DNA from: Laetmonice hystrix
Taxonomy: Eukaryota
Reading direction: 5' to 3'
DNA length: 64,000 nt
Assembly: GCA_965235115.1 (NCBI GenBank)
Contig: OZ249452.1
Location: forward strand, 9,114,001 to 9,178,000
The notes below the pieces were generated by a model. It did no database searches and was not told the DNA's origin. It saw only the letters and a program-made list of their open reading frames with translations. Positions 12,209 to 23,273 of the stretch are shown here, piece by piece. The position numbers and the translations under genes were made by a program. The first letter of the stretch is position 1; each line of letters starts with the position of its first letter.

Positions 12209-12308
12209 TTCGGCATCAGAAATATACATTCAACCAAATATAATATACCGGGTATGGAATATATTAGATATTAAATCTACGCATAGAAAACCCGCCAAAG
12301 GATATGTG

Positions 12309-12782
12309 ATATCTGATGCGCGAATGGCCTAGACTTATTTCTCTATCCAATGGTCCATGAATTTCTGCTATGCCACCTAGTGGCAGCTGTTTGAACCATA
12401 TCCCTAGGCCTCCCTGTAAGCCTCGAGTAGTGCATTATTCCTGTATAACATGAACAGGGCTGATCAAGGTGCTTGTTGTAGAGCGCGTGTATTATAACCT
12501 GATAACCATGCCTGCGGTGCGGACCGACGGGGTTAGAGAACGACCGTGCAATTAGTTTGTCTTTATGCCACCAGGTGACGCCACTGTGGGGAGGTTGCCG
12601 GTAGGGGGCAGCATATGACTGCTACCATTGTAAAACAATATAAACATCGGAAAATAAAACTGTGATAAACTAAGCCTGCAGTTAGGACTTACCCTAAACT
12701 GAACCTAGATCGTATCAGGAGTTCCTACGTTCATTTTATAGTCAATGAGTCGATTATGTGGAATCCTCTTGGCCTAGGACAC
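12309..12782 (+). repeat. Dispersed direct repeat, copy 2
   Basis: Homologous to 9105-9788 in the same orientation, 3.2 kb downstream; has a single degenerate unit of the 74-bp repeat; followed by (ATTA)n. Confidence 0.9.
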
Positions 12783-13476
12783 GTATAGGCCCCATTAATT
12801 AATTAATAGTCGAGAGATTTCAATTTGGGTAGGTCTAAATTCGACAGTGTGACCTGACAGAAAGAAAGACAGACAAACATGGAAAGAACTAAAGAAAGCT
12901 GAGAAATAGCATCATTTATTTTTTAATTTTTTTTTATTCATTTTTTGGTTTTAAATTAGAAAGGGGGTGCACACACTCAGTTTTTTTTATGCAGAATGGA
13001 CTGTTCGATGAGCAGGGTGGAAACTACAAAAATTTCCTGACAGAATATTGAAGGTTGGCGCCAGGTTGACAAAGCGGGTGATAATGTTGGTACAATAACA
13101 AAAGTACATGTGTTGTATGCTATCTGACTGATTTACATCAATAATGAAATGTTCAACTAAAAACTAACTTTGCGATTAACAGGAATGGTATGACGAATGG
13201 TATGACGAATGTTGACTATTTCTCTGCATCTGGTAGCCTGGACTAAGGGGCTCTAGACCATCCACTAGCCCAATGTATTCAGATAGGCCTAAACTAAGGC
13301 AAATTATCCAGTAGCCTGACTGTAGAATTCAGTAGCCCCGGGCGTCGGGCGACAGAAAGTCAACACTACTGGATATCGATGTAGTGATGAATTGTTCAAA
13401 GTTTCTGATGGATACGAGTAATGATGGGAAGTTTTATGACTTTACGATCCTGTCTTGGTTGGATTTTATTTCGAGA

Positions 13477-14380
13477 TCATCCCTTTTTAGTGGGTAGAGG
13501 TCGTCGGTAGAGTAGAATGTGTGGCTCGGGTCCGTGGATCATGTAGTGTATCCAACCTGGCGATTGTTGAACGCCAATGTTACGCCACTCTATCTCTGTC
13601 ATCAGATGTGTCCGCGGCACCAACTTGGCAATATCAGGGGGGAGAATAACGTGTCTGAAACCAAATCAGGATGTTATAGGCAGGGTGATGTCAGGAACCA
13701 AATCATGTCAAATTCAGGCTGTAATGTTGGCATTTTGATGTTTTAGCTGCCATCACTACAAGCAGGAAATGACCAGAGCTTATTAAATATTGCATGATTA
13801 ACAATAAGAGACCTATTATAGAGTATCAGTATGGTCAAATAAATTAATTTAATTATTATAATTATAAATAATTATAGCGAGCGCAAGCGAGCCGCGCAGC
13901 GGCTCGCAAAGCGAGCTCTATGACAACACGTGTGAAACGGTAGCCAAGGTGACACATACCGTCTCACCAAAAAATTTCGTCACGTAAAACCGGAACCGGA
14001 AAAACCATGCCCATGGAGCAAATCCATGGAGAAATCCATGGAGGGTCATGTGACCCTTGCAGAGCGTATCTGATTTGTGACGTCACAGTGAACAAACGGT
14101 CGCGTGAGTGTTTGTTCACTGTGACGCCACAATATCCCGACGTCAGTGCTGCTAAGTGACCAGTCCTGACATTGTATATTGTTATAGCAACGTTATAGGC
14201 CTAATATTGTAGGCCTCCCGTCGCTGCGCTCACCCTCTAGGTAGCACCTACATCATATTAAAATTACTCCGCCAGTCACTACTTGGACATCTTATAATTC
14301 GGCTTATACCCTTCTACTTACCTGTACTCGTACTTGTCATCGTAATATTTCTCAGAATAGAAGATTTGATTCACAGGCAT
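13477..14380 (-). CDS. CKS1: Cyclin-dependent kinases regulatory subunit (CKS1/CKS2 family), 78 aa; coding exons 14380-14322 and 13654-13477
   Basis: [20 protein letters not shown]|[58 protein letters not shown]; GTAAGT donor and TTTCAG acceptor; clear CKS family match. Confidence 0.97.
13862..14300. mobile_element. Unclassified structured element in the CKS intron
   Basis: Begins after an AT-rich run with GCGAGCGCAAGCGAGC; CCATG(G) repeats; 22-bp hairpin at 14076-14131; ends uncertain. Confidence 0.3.
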
Positions 14381-14695
14381 TCTATAAAGTGCAAGAGGAA
14401 AATATTTTGTTAGATATACAATAATTCTAAAAAGTCTAAAAGAAAAATGGAAGGGGGGGGGGCAGGTTCCTGTATCCGGCTTCCTGCACTGTAGAAGTAG
14501 GCTGGTTATCCTCACAGTATTTTTCAATAATGTCTTTTATAAATCTCAGCCCCTCCCCTTGGGCTTGGCTTGTCATTGTGTTTATTTTTGGGGGGTGTGG
14601 CCGTGCGCGGGGAGGGAAGGAGGGAGGACACAACAAGCTTTTTACAAACTAACAAAGCCACAACAACCACCACTCAGACTGTCACTGTATCTTAC

Positions 14696-14849
14696 CTCCG
14701 CTGGGTTAGCCCTTTCCGTCCCTCGATACCTGTCTTCTATTGCTATCTCCGTTACTTCAGTCTTAGACAGACATTGATCCAGTGATCGTCGTCGACATGA
14801 TCGAGCTTGTTTATCATGTTCACCGCACAGTCGGCAGCCCGACAATAAT
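14696..14849 (-). other. Putative upstream exon of the CKS transcript carrying the end of an upstream ORF
   Basis: Acceptor CCTGCACCTGCAG, donor GAG|GTAAGA; the CKS ATG is preceded by an acceptor TTTATAG|A at 14382-14383. Confidence 0.6.
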
Positions 14850-15281
14850 CTGCAGGTGCAGGAAAACGTTAACAGCCCGAATCATTAACCATTGTCACGT
14901 TGTAGAACTCGACTGCAAATGTCTATCAGAACCTATAATTTATATCCCATTATAGCTGTTTCAAGTAGACCTAAATCATGTAATTTTTACTATGCAGCCT
15001 AGCTGTAGCTGCGCCTACATTAGGCTACAATTAATTTTTCAGGAATTGATCTGGAAAACTATAGACAGTCTGCGCAGAGGTGCACAGCAGCCTGGGCGTT
15101 CAAATAAGTATAGATCTAACGTTAGGCCTACACTGGGCCCTTAATATAAATATATTTATTAATAGATTAGATAAATATGCAGATTTATAATCACATCAAA
15201 ATTTACAATGACCAAAGGACTTACATCCGAAATCCGGTTTTCCCTATATGAAAGGCCCAGTACGTTTGAAGTTTAAAGTAT

Positions 15282-16851
15282 TAGTCAGGGCTGTTAGGGC
15301 ATTATATAGGTGTTTTGGTTCACATTTTTCCAAAAGCACCAAAGTTGGCTCAGAAGTCGACCATACCATACTCTTTCGATTTTTGCCGGGCGCCAAGCCG
15401 GGCGCCCCCTGGAGCCGCCATGTTGCCTAGTTTGATATGTCATTTAAGTTACATAGCAACAGTTGTTTTCAGACCTGACCAATTGCAATCAATGCAGTAA
15501 GTATATTGCAATCAATGCAGTAAATATATAGTTGTCCCATAAAGATTATAAATTTTTCAGTGGGAGATCATTCTCAAAATATTTGGCATGATATCATATT
15601 AGTAGCGGGATATAACAATTGGAACCCCACTGTAATATTTTTGTTGCCTAGCAACAGCCCTGCGTTTCACTGTCCATAGCAACAGAACGGCCAATGCACC
15701 AAGAATAAACATGTGTCTGTCCCTAATCATCCCAAAGGGTCTCGCTTGTCAGTCAAACGGTTTTGTTTTTTACAGAACTTTCATTATAGATCTGTTGCTA
15801 GGCAACAAATAGGGTGCCTTTACCGTTGGATAGTGCCTAGAAGTGCCCCTGAAAGAAAGTGATTAGCAGTTCCCGATATTTTACTATGGCAATGGTCATA
15901 GACTATCACTGTGAATAGTTCTGTAGCTCAGCAGCAAGCTTGGGTAATTCATTTCCAGACGAATTTCAGGATAATCTGGTTTCCTGTTTATATTACCCCA
16001 TATTTAATTACCCCAGCTTGCTGCTGAGCAATAGAACTATTCACAGTGATAGTCTATGACCATTTTCATAGCAAAATCTTGGGAGTTGCTAATCAGTCTC
16101 TTTCAGGAATACCCCTGGCCACTATCCCACGGTAAGGGTGGCCTCGTTTTTGTTGCCTAGCAACAGATCTATAAGAATATTTCTTTAATAAAAAAATATA
16201 CAAAAACCGTTTGAGTGACAAGCAAGACCCTTTGGGATGATTAGGGACAGACACATGTTTATTCTTGGTGCATTGGTTGTTCTGTTGCTATGGACAGTGA
16301 TAATGATCTCCCACTGAAAAATTTATAATCTTTATGGGACAACTATTTACTGCATTGATTGCAATTGGTCAGGTCTGAAAACAACTGTAGGGATTCCGTT
16401 GCTAGGCACATTGGGCATTATTGTACTGTTGCTAGGCAGCAGTAATGCGGTAAATGACTTAAGGTAAAGTTCACAAAACTACTGACACTTTGCATTTATT
16501 GGGTTCATATGACACATTGCTAAGGAAATATGGGATCTTAGTGCTGTTCTTAGGCAACAGATCAGTTGCTATGTAACTTAAATGACATATCAAATTATTT
16601 CCAGAACCACTGAAACCTATTCGCTCAAATTGAGGTGGTTCTGTCTTTAAGAAAATATTCTTAACGTGCAAATGTCCTGTTGCTAGGGAAGCCAGGCTAT
16701 CTGGCTTTGTTGCTAGGCAACATGGCGGCTCCAGGGGGCGCCCGGCTTGGCGCCCGGCAAAAATCGAAAGAGTATGGTATGGTCGACTTCTGAGCCAAAT
16801 TTGGTGCTTTTGGAAAAATGTGAACCAAAACATCCCTAACAGCCCTGACTA
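15282..16851. mobile_element. Foldback non-autonomous DNA transposon, Academ-like (TAG...CTA termini, 3-bp TSD TAT), arms ~670 and ~845 bp
   Basis: TAT at 15279-15281 and 16852-16854; TAGTCAGGGCTGTTAGGG...CCCTAACAGCCCTGACTA; arms invert around a ~55-bp spacer near 15950-16005; no ORF. Superfamily inferred from termini and TSD only. Confidence 0.8.
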
Positions 16852-17007
16852 TATGTCAAAACCATAGAACTATGGTCAAAACCAAAGAAAGTTAAAATCT
16901 AAGTTAAAGATGTAGGCCTACAAGCTTCCTTTGTGAGGTATGTGGGTCTATTATATAACGAGAAAGCACCTGACTGGATAATGAATATTGTAGTTTGCCT
17001 GTTTTAA

Positions 17008-17589
17008 AGGGAAATGTGAGTGTTCGACGGAATTTGATTGACCACTAGAATTTTCAAAATATTTTTATGGGGGATAGCCTTTGTCCTTAGGAGTACAAAG
17101 AAACAAAAAAAATCATATGTCACCGAATTAGATTTTTTTTATACAGGCCTCCGTAAAAAATGGGTCTTTACTATAGGTTTCAATGGGAAAAACAGGATTT
17201 TTCAGACATTTTGACTAATAGTTAAAAAATGACCACCAAATTTTTCATGAAACTTGGTGACAAGATAAAGTGGATCAGGACTAATAGTTTAAAACAAAAA
17301 AAAATGGGGGTCACCGAATTAAAAAAAAAGTTACAGCCTGCCAAACAGTCAGTGCCTTGGTAAAACACGGGTCTTAACTATAGCATTCAATGGAGTAGAC
17401 AGGTTCTGGCACAGAGTTTGGTTCATGGTTTAAAAAATACTACTGATTTCCACATCAAACTAGTTGACTGCATAAATAAGCCAAACATTTTTCTGTTAAA
17501 GCTCACTACGTGGCGCTTTGAATACTCACATTTCCCCAGTGGTACCAACGCGACTCACTAGGTGGCGCTTTGAACACTCACATTTCCCT
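17008..17589. mobile_element. Kolobok-like MITE, copy 2 (582 bp)
   Basis: TTAA at 17004-17007 and 17590-17593; same 18-bp TIR as copy 1; subterminal duplicate of the TIR at 17520-17536; ends 123 bp upstream of the SDHC ATG. Confidence 0.88.
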
Positions 17590-17712
17590 TTAAGGACTGA
17601 AAATTTGAGCCCGTCAGTGCTGACACCAAGCGGAGTGAAGTTGATACGATACAGAGCTTCGCTCATCTGACGTTCTGCAGACAAGTACTGAAGGTCGCCG
17701 TACGAGGTCAAC

Positions 17713-20700
17713 ATGGCGTTGAGTACGCTCAGGTTTGTGGATTGTGTTTATGAAACAGGGGTATAAGGACTTATGCAAGTAAAAATGTGCGAGTTTTCAA
17801 ATACTTCGGGGGTAGAGGATGTCTTGTTTTATACGTAGGAGTGGTGTAATGCTTGACAAATGTCATTAGACTGGTTCTGTGGGTTCTGCCAATGTAATGT
17901 TGACTTCGTTCGCTGACACTCACTGGCCACTGGGCGGCACTCGGCCGAGGCCGAGGGCCTCCATCCCGTAAAGCCACTACTGGCACTAGCCAAGCCCAAG
18001 CCTAGGCAAACAAACTCTGTTTCCACGTAGTGTTTGCACAATTGTAGACCAGCCGCTATCTAGGAAATACTTGTTAAATATTTTACAGAAATAGGCTACT
18101 ATCAAAAGTTATTGTTAAATTTGTAAATCAGTTCAGTTATTTATTACGGTATGTCATGATTGATGATGTTTTGATTATGATTATGTCAAAGAAATGCATG
18201 AATTAAAATATGCAAATGAACTGTTAAATAGGTCTAACTGCGTTAGGCAGTGTAATATTGCCTGTATTTGGCATTAAATTATGCCAAATTATGGCTAAAA
18301 TTAAATAGCTCACATTAATAAACAAACATTTGTTTGGATTCGGTAATTAGATTGAGTCAAACTAAGATAAACTTATTTAGCCGTTGCAGTTAATATACAC
18401 TCACACCGCCTAGTTTTAATATCTTTTTATTTGCACCATGTCACCAAGGTGAAGTAGAGTAAGACTTTGGTTTTGATTAAATCAAAACCAGTCAGGCAAT
18501 ACAAAATGTTAAAAGAAATTCATGAACCTTATTTTTTCTTGTTGCATGGAGCCAAAATTGGTAATGTTAGATCTAGATCTAATCAGTAATGTTACATGTT
18601 TTGGTGAAATTTTCATTTTTAAAATGTGGGAAATTACAGTCTTACATGTAAATACATGTTGTTATTAGAAATGTACAGCATGCAAGCAGACACTACCTGA
18701 TACTCAGTGATAGTAAAAATATCTTCATGTACTGTATTTCTGCTGATTTATATTTCAGCCGGGCCATTCGGCCATCATGTCTTATTGCTCGATCTTCTCT
18801 GATGTACCGCTGGTAAATGTTTACTTCATACAATTTTATGTTATTCTGAGATATTTAAAAAAATACATCTCACTTATTTGCCTGATTCTTAATAAAATGA
18901 TAGGACTTCATAATAAACTGACAGAATTGTCAGTTCTAGAAAGTTATGGTAAATTTGGAATGATAAAACCCATTGGACAGAAGGGACTTCTGAAGTTTAG
19001 ATTAGTACCAAACCATAAGTAGGCATAACTCAAAGTGTATGTTGCCTGTGTTTCATGTTATGTGTTGTATTTGTATGTACTGTCTACTGTATACGTGTGT
19101 GTATATTATAAGGAATTCTTTTTTTTTTAAATAAGAAAATTTAAAATACAAATTTTTATATCGCTCAGGAAATAAAATCTTGTATCTTTATGTAGTATAG
19201 CCTACTTTCACTTGACTGATATTTGATTGGGAATGGAGACCAGATTCTGAATTATCACATTCTTTCAAGTGTTCCTATTGGAACATCAGCAGAAGAAGAA
19301 ATGAACAAATATTGGGAGAAGAACCAGCGCCTTGGCCGACCTAATTCACCTTGGCTCATTTACCGGTGAGTACCGAGATGTTTTCATGGAAATTCTGTCA
19401 AACTTGCTAAATTTTAAATGTTATAGTTTCAGCGATCCTAGGATTAACTGATTCTATTCAAGGCAGTACTAGTTTTGTTTGTTTTTTGTTTGCAGGTGGC
19501 CCCTGTCTATGGCATCATCCTTTGCCCACCGTGTGACGGGAGTTGGTCTGGGAGTCAGTGAGTACATCTAGTCTGGGAGTACACAAGAAAATGATGCTTA
19601 TTGATTGAAATCAGCCACAATCTGTAATATATATTTTTTTATAAATTTTATTGTTACTGGACCCCCACGAACAAACTGGAGGATGCTGCATCTTACACAT
19701 CCTCCATGGCTGGGGGACGAGTGGGTAGATTTGATCTAAAGATCATCACCCATATCGTTCTTTAACAATAAACAGAGACATCATCCCATACCTTGTACTT
19801 CCATAATTACAATGCCTGATGAGTACGTTAGGAACAAAACCTTGCTTCATCACCCGGCAACCCAAATTGGGATTGCCCCTGACCCAGACAATTATTTGGG
19901 GAATCCCCCCCCCCATTGTGTAACCAACCAGGTTGAACATGGAGGGCGAGAAATAAACAAGGTTGGATCTCTAGGGCAACAGAACATCTAAGTTTCTTAG
20001 GTTTGTGATCATTTCAGAACAAAATCATTTAAAACAGTGTGGCTAACATCGATATACAATTATAAAAAAAGGTCTGCAGTTTTCCCCCCGGCCTAACCCG
20101 AGATTCCATTGTTCTCCAGCGCTGTACGGAGCAGCCATAACCATGGCTGTCGCACCAGATGACTTCACTCACTATGTCTCCATCATGAAGGCGTGGGAAC
20201 TCGGTCCAGCTGTCTGGGTCCCTATCAAGTTATTTTGTTCATTCCCCGTCATCTACCACTGTCTGAGTGGTTGTCGTCATTTGGTATGTACTGTTTACAG
20301 TGTCAACAGTGCTCATCTTGCAGTCAATTTTAGATTCTGCAAAATAAATGTTTGGTCCCTGCTTAAATTTTATATTTACAAAAGAAACGTCTCGGTGTCA
20401 CATTATTGTTGGTGAAATTGACTAGGTTTCTTGCAATCTCGTTTTGAAGGCTAGTAACATAGTACGAGCAGTCCTTTATATTTCTCAATTGAAGCTATTC
20501 ATATGACATCTTAATGTAGATTTTTTTCACTCTAGAAGAGGCTGTAATTAGCCTCAACAAATTTCACAATTATTTCCAGTCTCATTGTGATTAATTAAGA
20601 TCATAATCAATGAACAATTTCTTAGAACAAAGCACCTAATGAAACGTCTAGGGTTTGGTCTGGAAACAAGCACTCTATGTTACTTTAGTTCTAAGTGTGG

Positions 20701-21071
20701 ACACTAGGGCTGGCTTGTATTAGTGCAGAGTTTTAACGTAGAGTGGCGCTACGATCGCCTACCTACAGTTTGTGGACCGGTCGTTTTGCAAATGTGTCTC
20801 GGCCGGTGACCAGATACGGGGGGAGGGATGTAACATGTTCCAAATCAGACACCCCACAGGGGGCGTCCGTGGCATCTGTTTCTACAATCACAGAATTAAA
20901 ATTTTCTTGCAATGAGTGTTTGCATAAGAAATAATTTGTTTATATTTTTGATTGCAGTATTGGGATTACATAGGAGGGTACGAGGTGCGACAGCAGAACA
21001 AGAGCGCAGCGCTAATCTGGGGAACAGCTTTAGTAGGATCATTACTCGTCTCTTTTGCAGCGTATCTTTAA
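17713..21071 (+). CDS. SDHC: Succinate dehydrogenase cytochrome b560 subunit, 169 aa; exons 17713-17732, 18759-18812, 19270-19365, 19496-19557, 20120-20283, 20958-21071
   Basis: All junctions GT-AG and in phase (510 nt). Motifs EEEMNKYWEKNQRLGRPNSPW, SSFAHRVTGVGL, YHCLSGCRHLYWD match SDHC (RPxSPH, HRxTG, NGIRHLxWD). Confidence 0.96.
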
Positions 21072-21949
21072 AACGATAACTTCTGATGATTGTTTAATTT
21101 ACGCTGATTGTACGGTAACTTGTGTGGCAATGGAACATTAAAAAAGTTGACGGGTATGAGCAATTAAAGTCAGTTGTGGAGCTGGTCCGCGTCGCTACCT
21201 ACGTCATGTGACCAAGGTTTTGACATGCCGTGACTTACCTTTGATTTCTAGGAAGGTTCTTCAAGATTAAAATAAAATGGTGTTGGCCGAGCTGGGTAAT
21301 AGTTGGTGTAATGAGATAGAAAGAAGGCAGAGGCCTAATAAGTATTACATTTTGTACATGTAGGCCGTGGTAAGGTTTGGCATTGTTTCACGGGCCTGAT
21401 AAAATTATGGTTCTCGGACTTCGTGGATGAAATGGAGCAGTTGTTAAAAGCGAATAAAAAAATGTAAAGACGATATCTGCTCTGTCTTTTTTTACGCGAC
21501 TAAAAAAGATCAGTGCAAATTGATTCTTGGGATGTTTAACCAAACATTTTTTATTCGAAAAGAATAAAAGATTTCCTTGCGATGGCAGGTTTTTGCTTCA
21601 TTACCCCCTGGGATCGGGGGTACAATAGATCCCTTTACTGAACACATTTTTGAAGTTCTATTCTATTCAATATACATATAGAACGGTAATGAAAACGCAT
21701 AGGCTGAAAATCCAGCCTAAATATTTGAAAGGAACAATCACATTTGATATTTGACAAGAAGCCGGGTCAGTATCGGGTGCTCAATGAAATTTAACAGATA
21801 CTCAGAAAACAACATTTCTCTTCTCAGCTAAAACACTTTGCACATCCTACTAGTGATGAGAAAATGTATACATTTGGATCTATCCTGGATCCGCCCCTGG
21901 TTCCGTATACATGTACTATGCATGGCCTGAGCAAACGTCGTCGGTGACA

Positions 21950-22300
21950 CAACATCAGTCCGTAACAACGCCGTCTTCATAGACCTGATAAAGGCATTCG
22001 ATATGTCCGAGGCCAGACCCTAGCCATGTTTACCAAATTACCCGACCAAGCACCAACATTACGTTCTGGCAAACTCTATCAAATCACTTTTAACCATGCA
22101 CTGGCGTACTCCAGGGGTCAATACTAGGCCAACTCCTATTTAACGCTGATATTATTAGCGACTTGCCAATTCCGCTTGAAGCACCCTAACGCAACGACTC
22201 AAAAACCTTACTGCTTTGTATCATGCCGGAAAAACAATAGAGAAAAGTCGCTCAACTTGAGTAGACCTATCTATAGACAATATGTCAGATTGGATCATGC
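21950..22300 (+). pseudogene. Degenerate non-LTR retrotransposon reverse-transcriptase fragment (CR1/L2-like)
   Basis: AVFIDLIKAFD at 21970-22003 and GVLQGSILGQLLFNADIISDLP at 22103-22168, separated by stops and frameshifts. Confidence 0.8.
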
Positions 22301-22929
22301 CTAAGAAGCATACGGGCACAGGACAACCATCAATAGAAAGCATCTAGCCCTAAACAGCTCCCTCCTCCCCCCTTTCTTAGGATTAAAAAATTCCTCACCA
22401 TCAACCTCACCGGCACACACACACACGATTCGGGGGTGCAATTGGTCACATGACTGAAGCTGTTTGAAGGTTTTATTCGCTCCCTGATTATGGCTGAAAT
22501 ACTGCTGAAATACTCCCTCTTCAACGCACGCTCTCCTTGATATATATCATATGCTCATACCAATGAAAAAAGTTCAGTTCCAAGTCTAGTCGTCAATTCT
22601 AAATTATTTGTTTATTCTAAGAAAATCATAGATTTATCATTTAAGGTCAGCCGCAGCAGTAATTTTTGTAACTTGGGCGTCAGTACGAATTTCTGGTTGG
22701 AAGCTTGGCGACCATGAACTCAACTGTAGCTACTTCACATTATGGGAAGACATTGGCAGATGGCCTGAACATTTGACGGATGTCCGGATTGCTGAGCCAT
22801 CAAAAACATCTAGGATTGTCTGCCTCAGATAATCAAATTCCGTAAAAGATCTCTTTGCATCAACAGATTTCTTTCATACACCTTCCCGTGGCGACCCAGG
22901 AGACAATAGGACTCCTACCCACACTTTCC

Positions 22930-23273
22930 GATGTTGCCTGAATGATAATTCTCGATTTAGAAAGATTTTAACTTATTTGTTGTAGCGGTTATACCACTGA
23001 AACATTACAATCGCCAGTGGCACCGTATTCATGCAGCCTATTCATACAAATTCTGTTATTGTGCAATTTTGATGACCTATCTTGAGCGCGGTACCTTAAT
23101 CGCTTACTCGCGGTACCCTAATCACCCTCGTGGTTGATGCGCGTGGTACCTTAATCACGCCGACTTTTTCAACTTGGATTTCCGGTGCCACTGGCGATTG
23201 TAAAGATTAAGTGGTATAACCTCCATAACTATAAGTTAAAATCTCTCTTTATCGATAATTATAAGGAAGCATC
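22930..23273. mobile_element. MITE-like element with ~95-bp imperfect inverted arms
   Basis: 22930-23025 inverts to 23183-23273 (e.g. ACAATCGCCAGTGGCACCG / CGGTGCCACTGGCGATTGT); internal GGTACCTTAATC repeats; no TSD found. Confidence 0.6.

Noticed and set aside
9105-12782. LTR retroelement (TRIM/LARD) carrying THAP
   Set aside because: No convincing TG...CA ends in both copies, no TSD, PBS or PPT; the copies differ by internal expansion and end in microsatellite tails.
14353-16880. Alternative ~83-aa ORF (MVLTYFKLQTYW...) formed by deleting the foldback and using another frame of exon 14696-14849
   Set aside because: Interrupted by the insertion in this allele, weaker codon bias than the competing frame and no homology recognised; kept only as an alternative to the upstream-ORF model.
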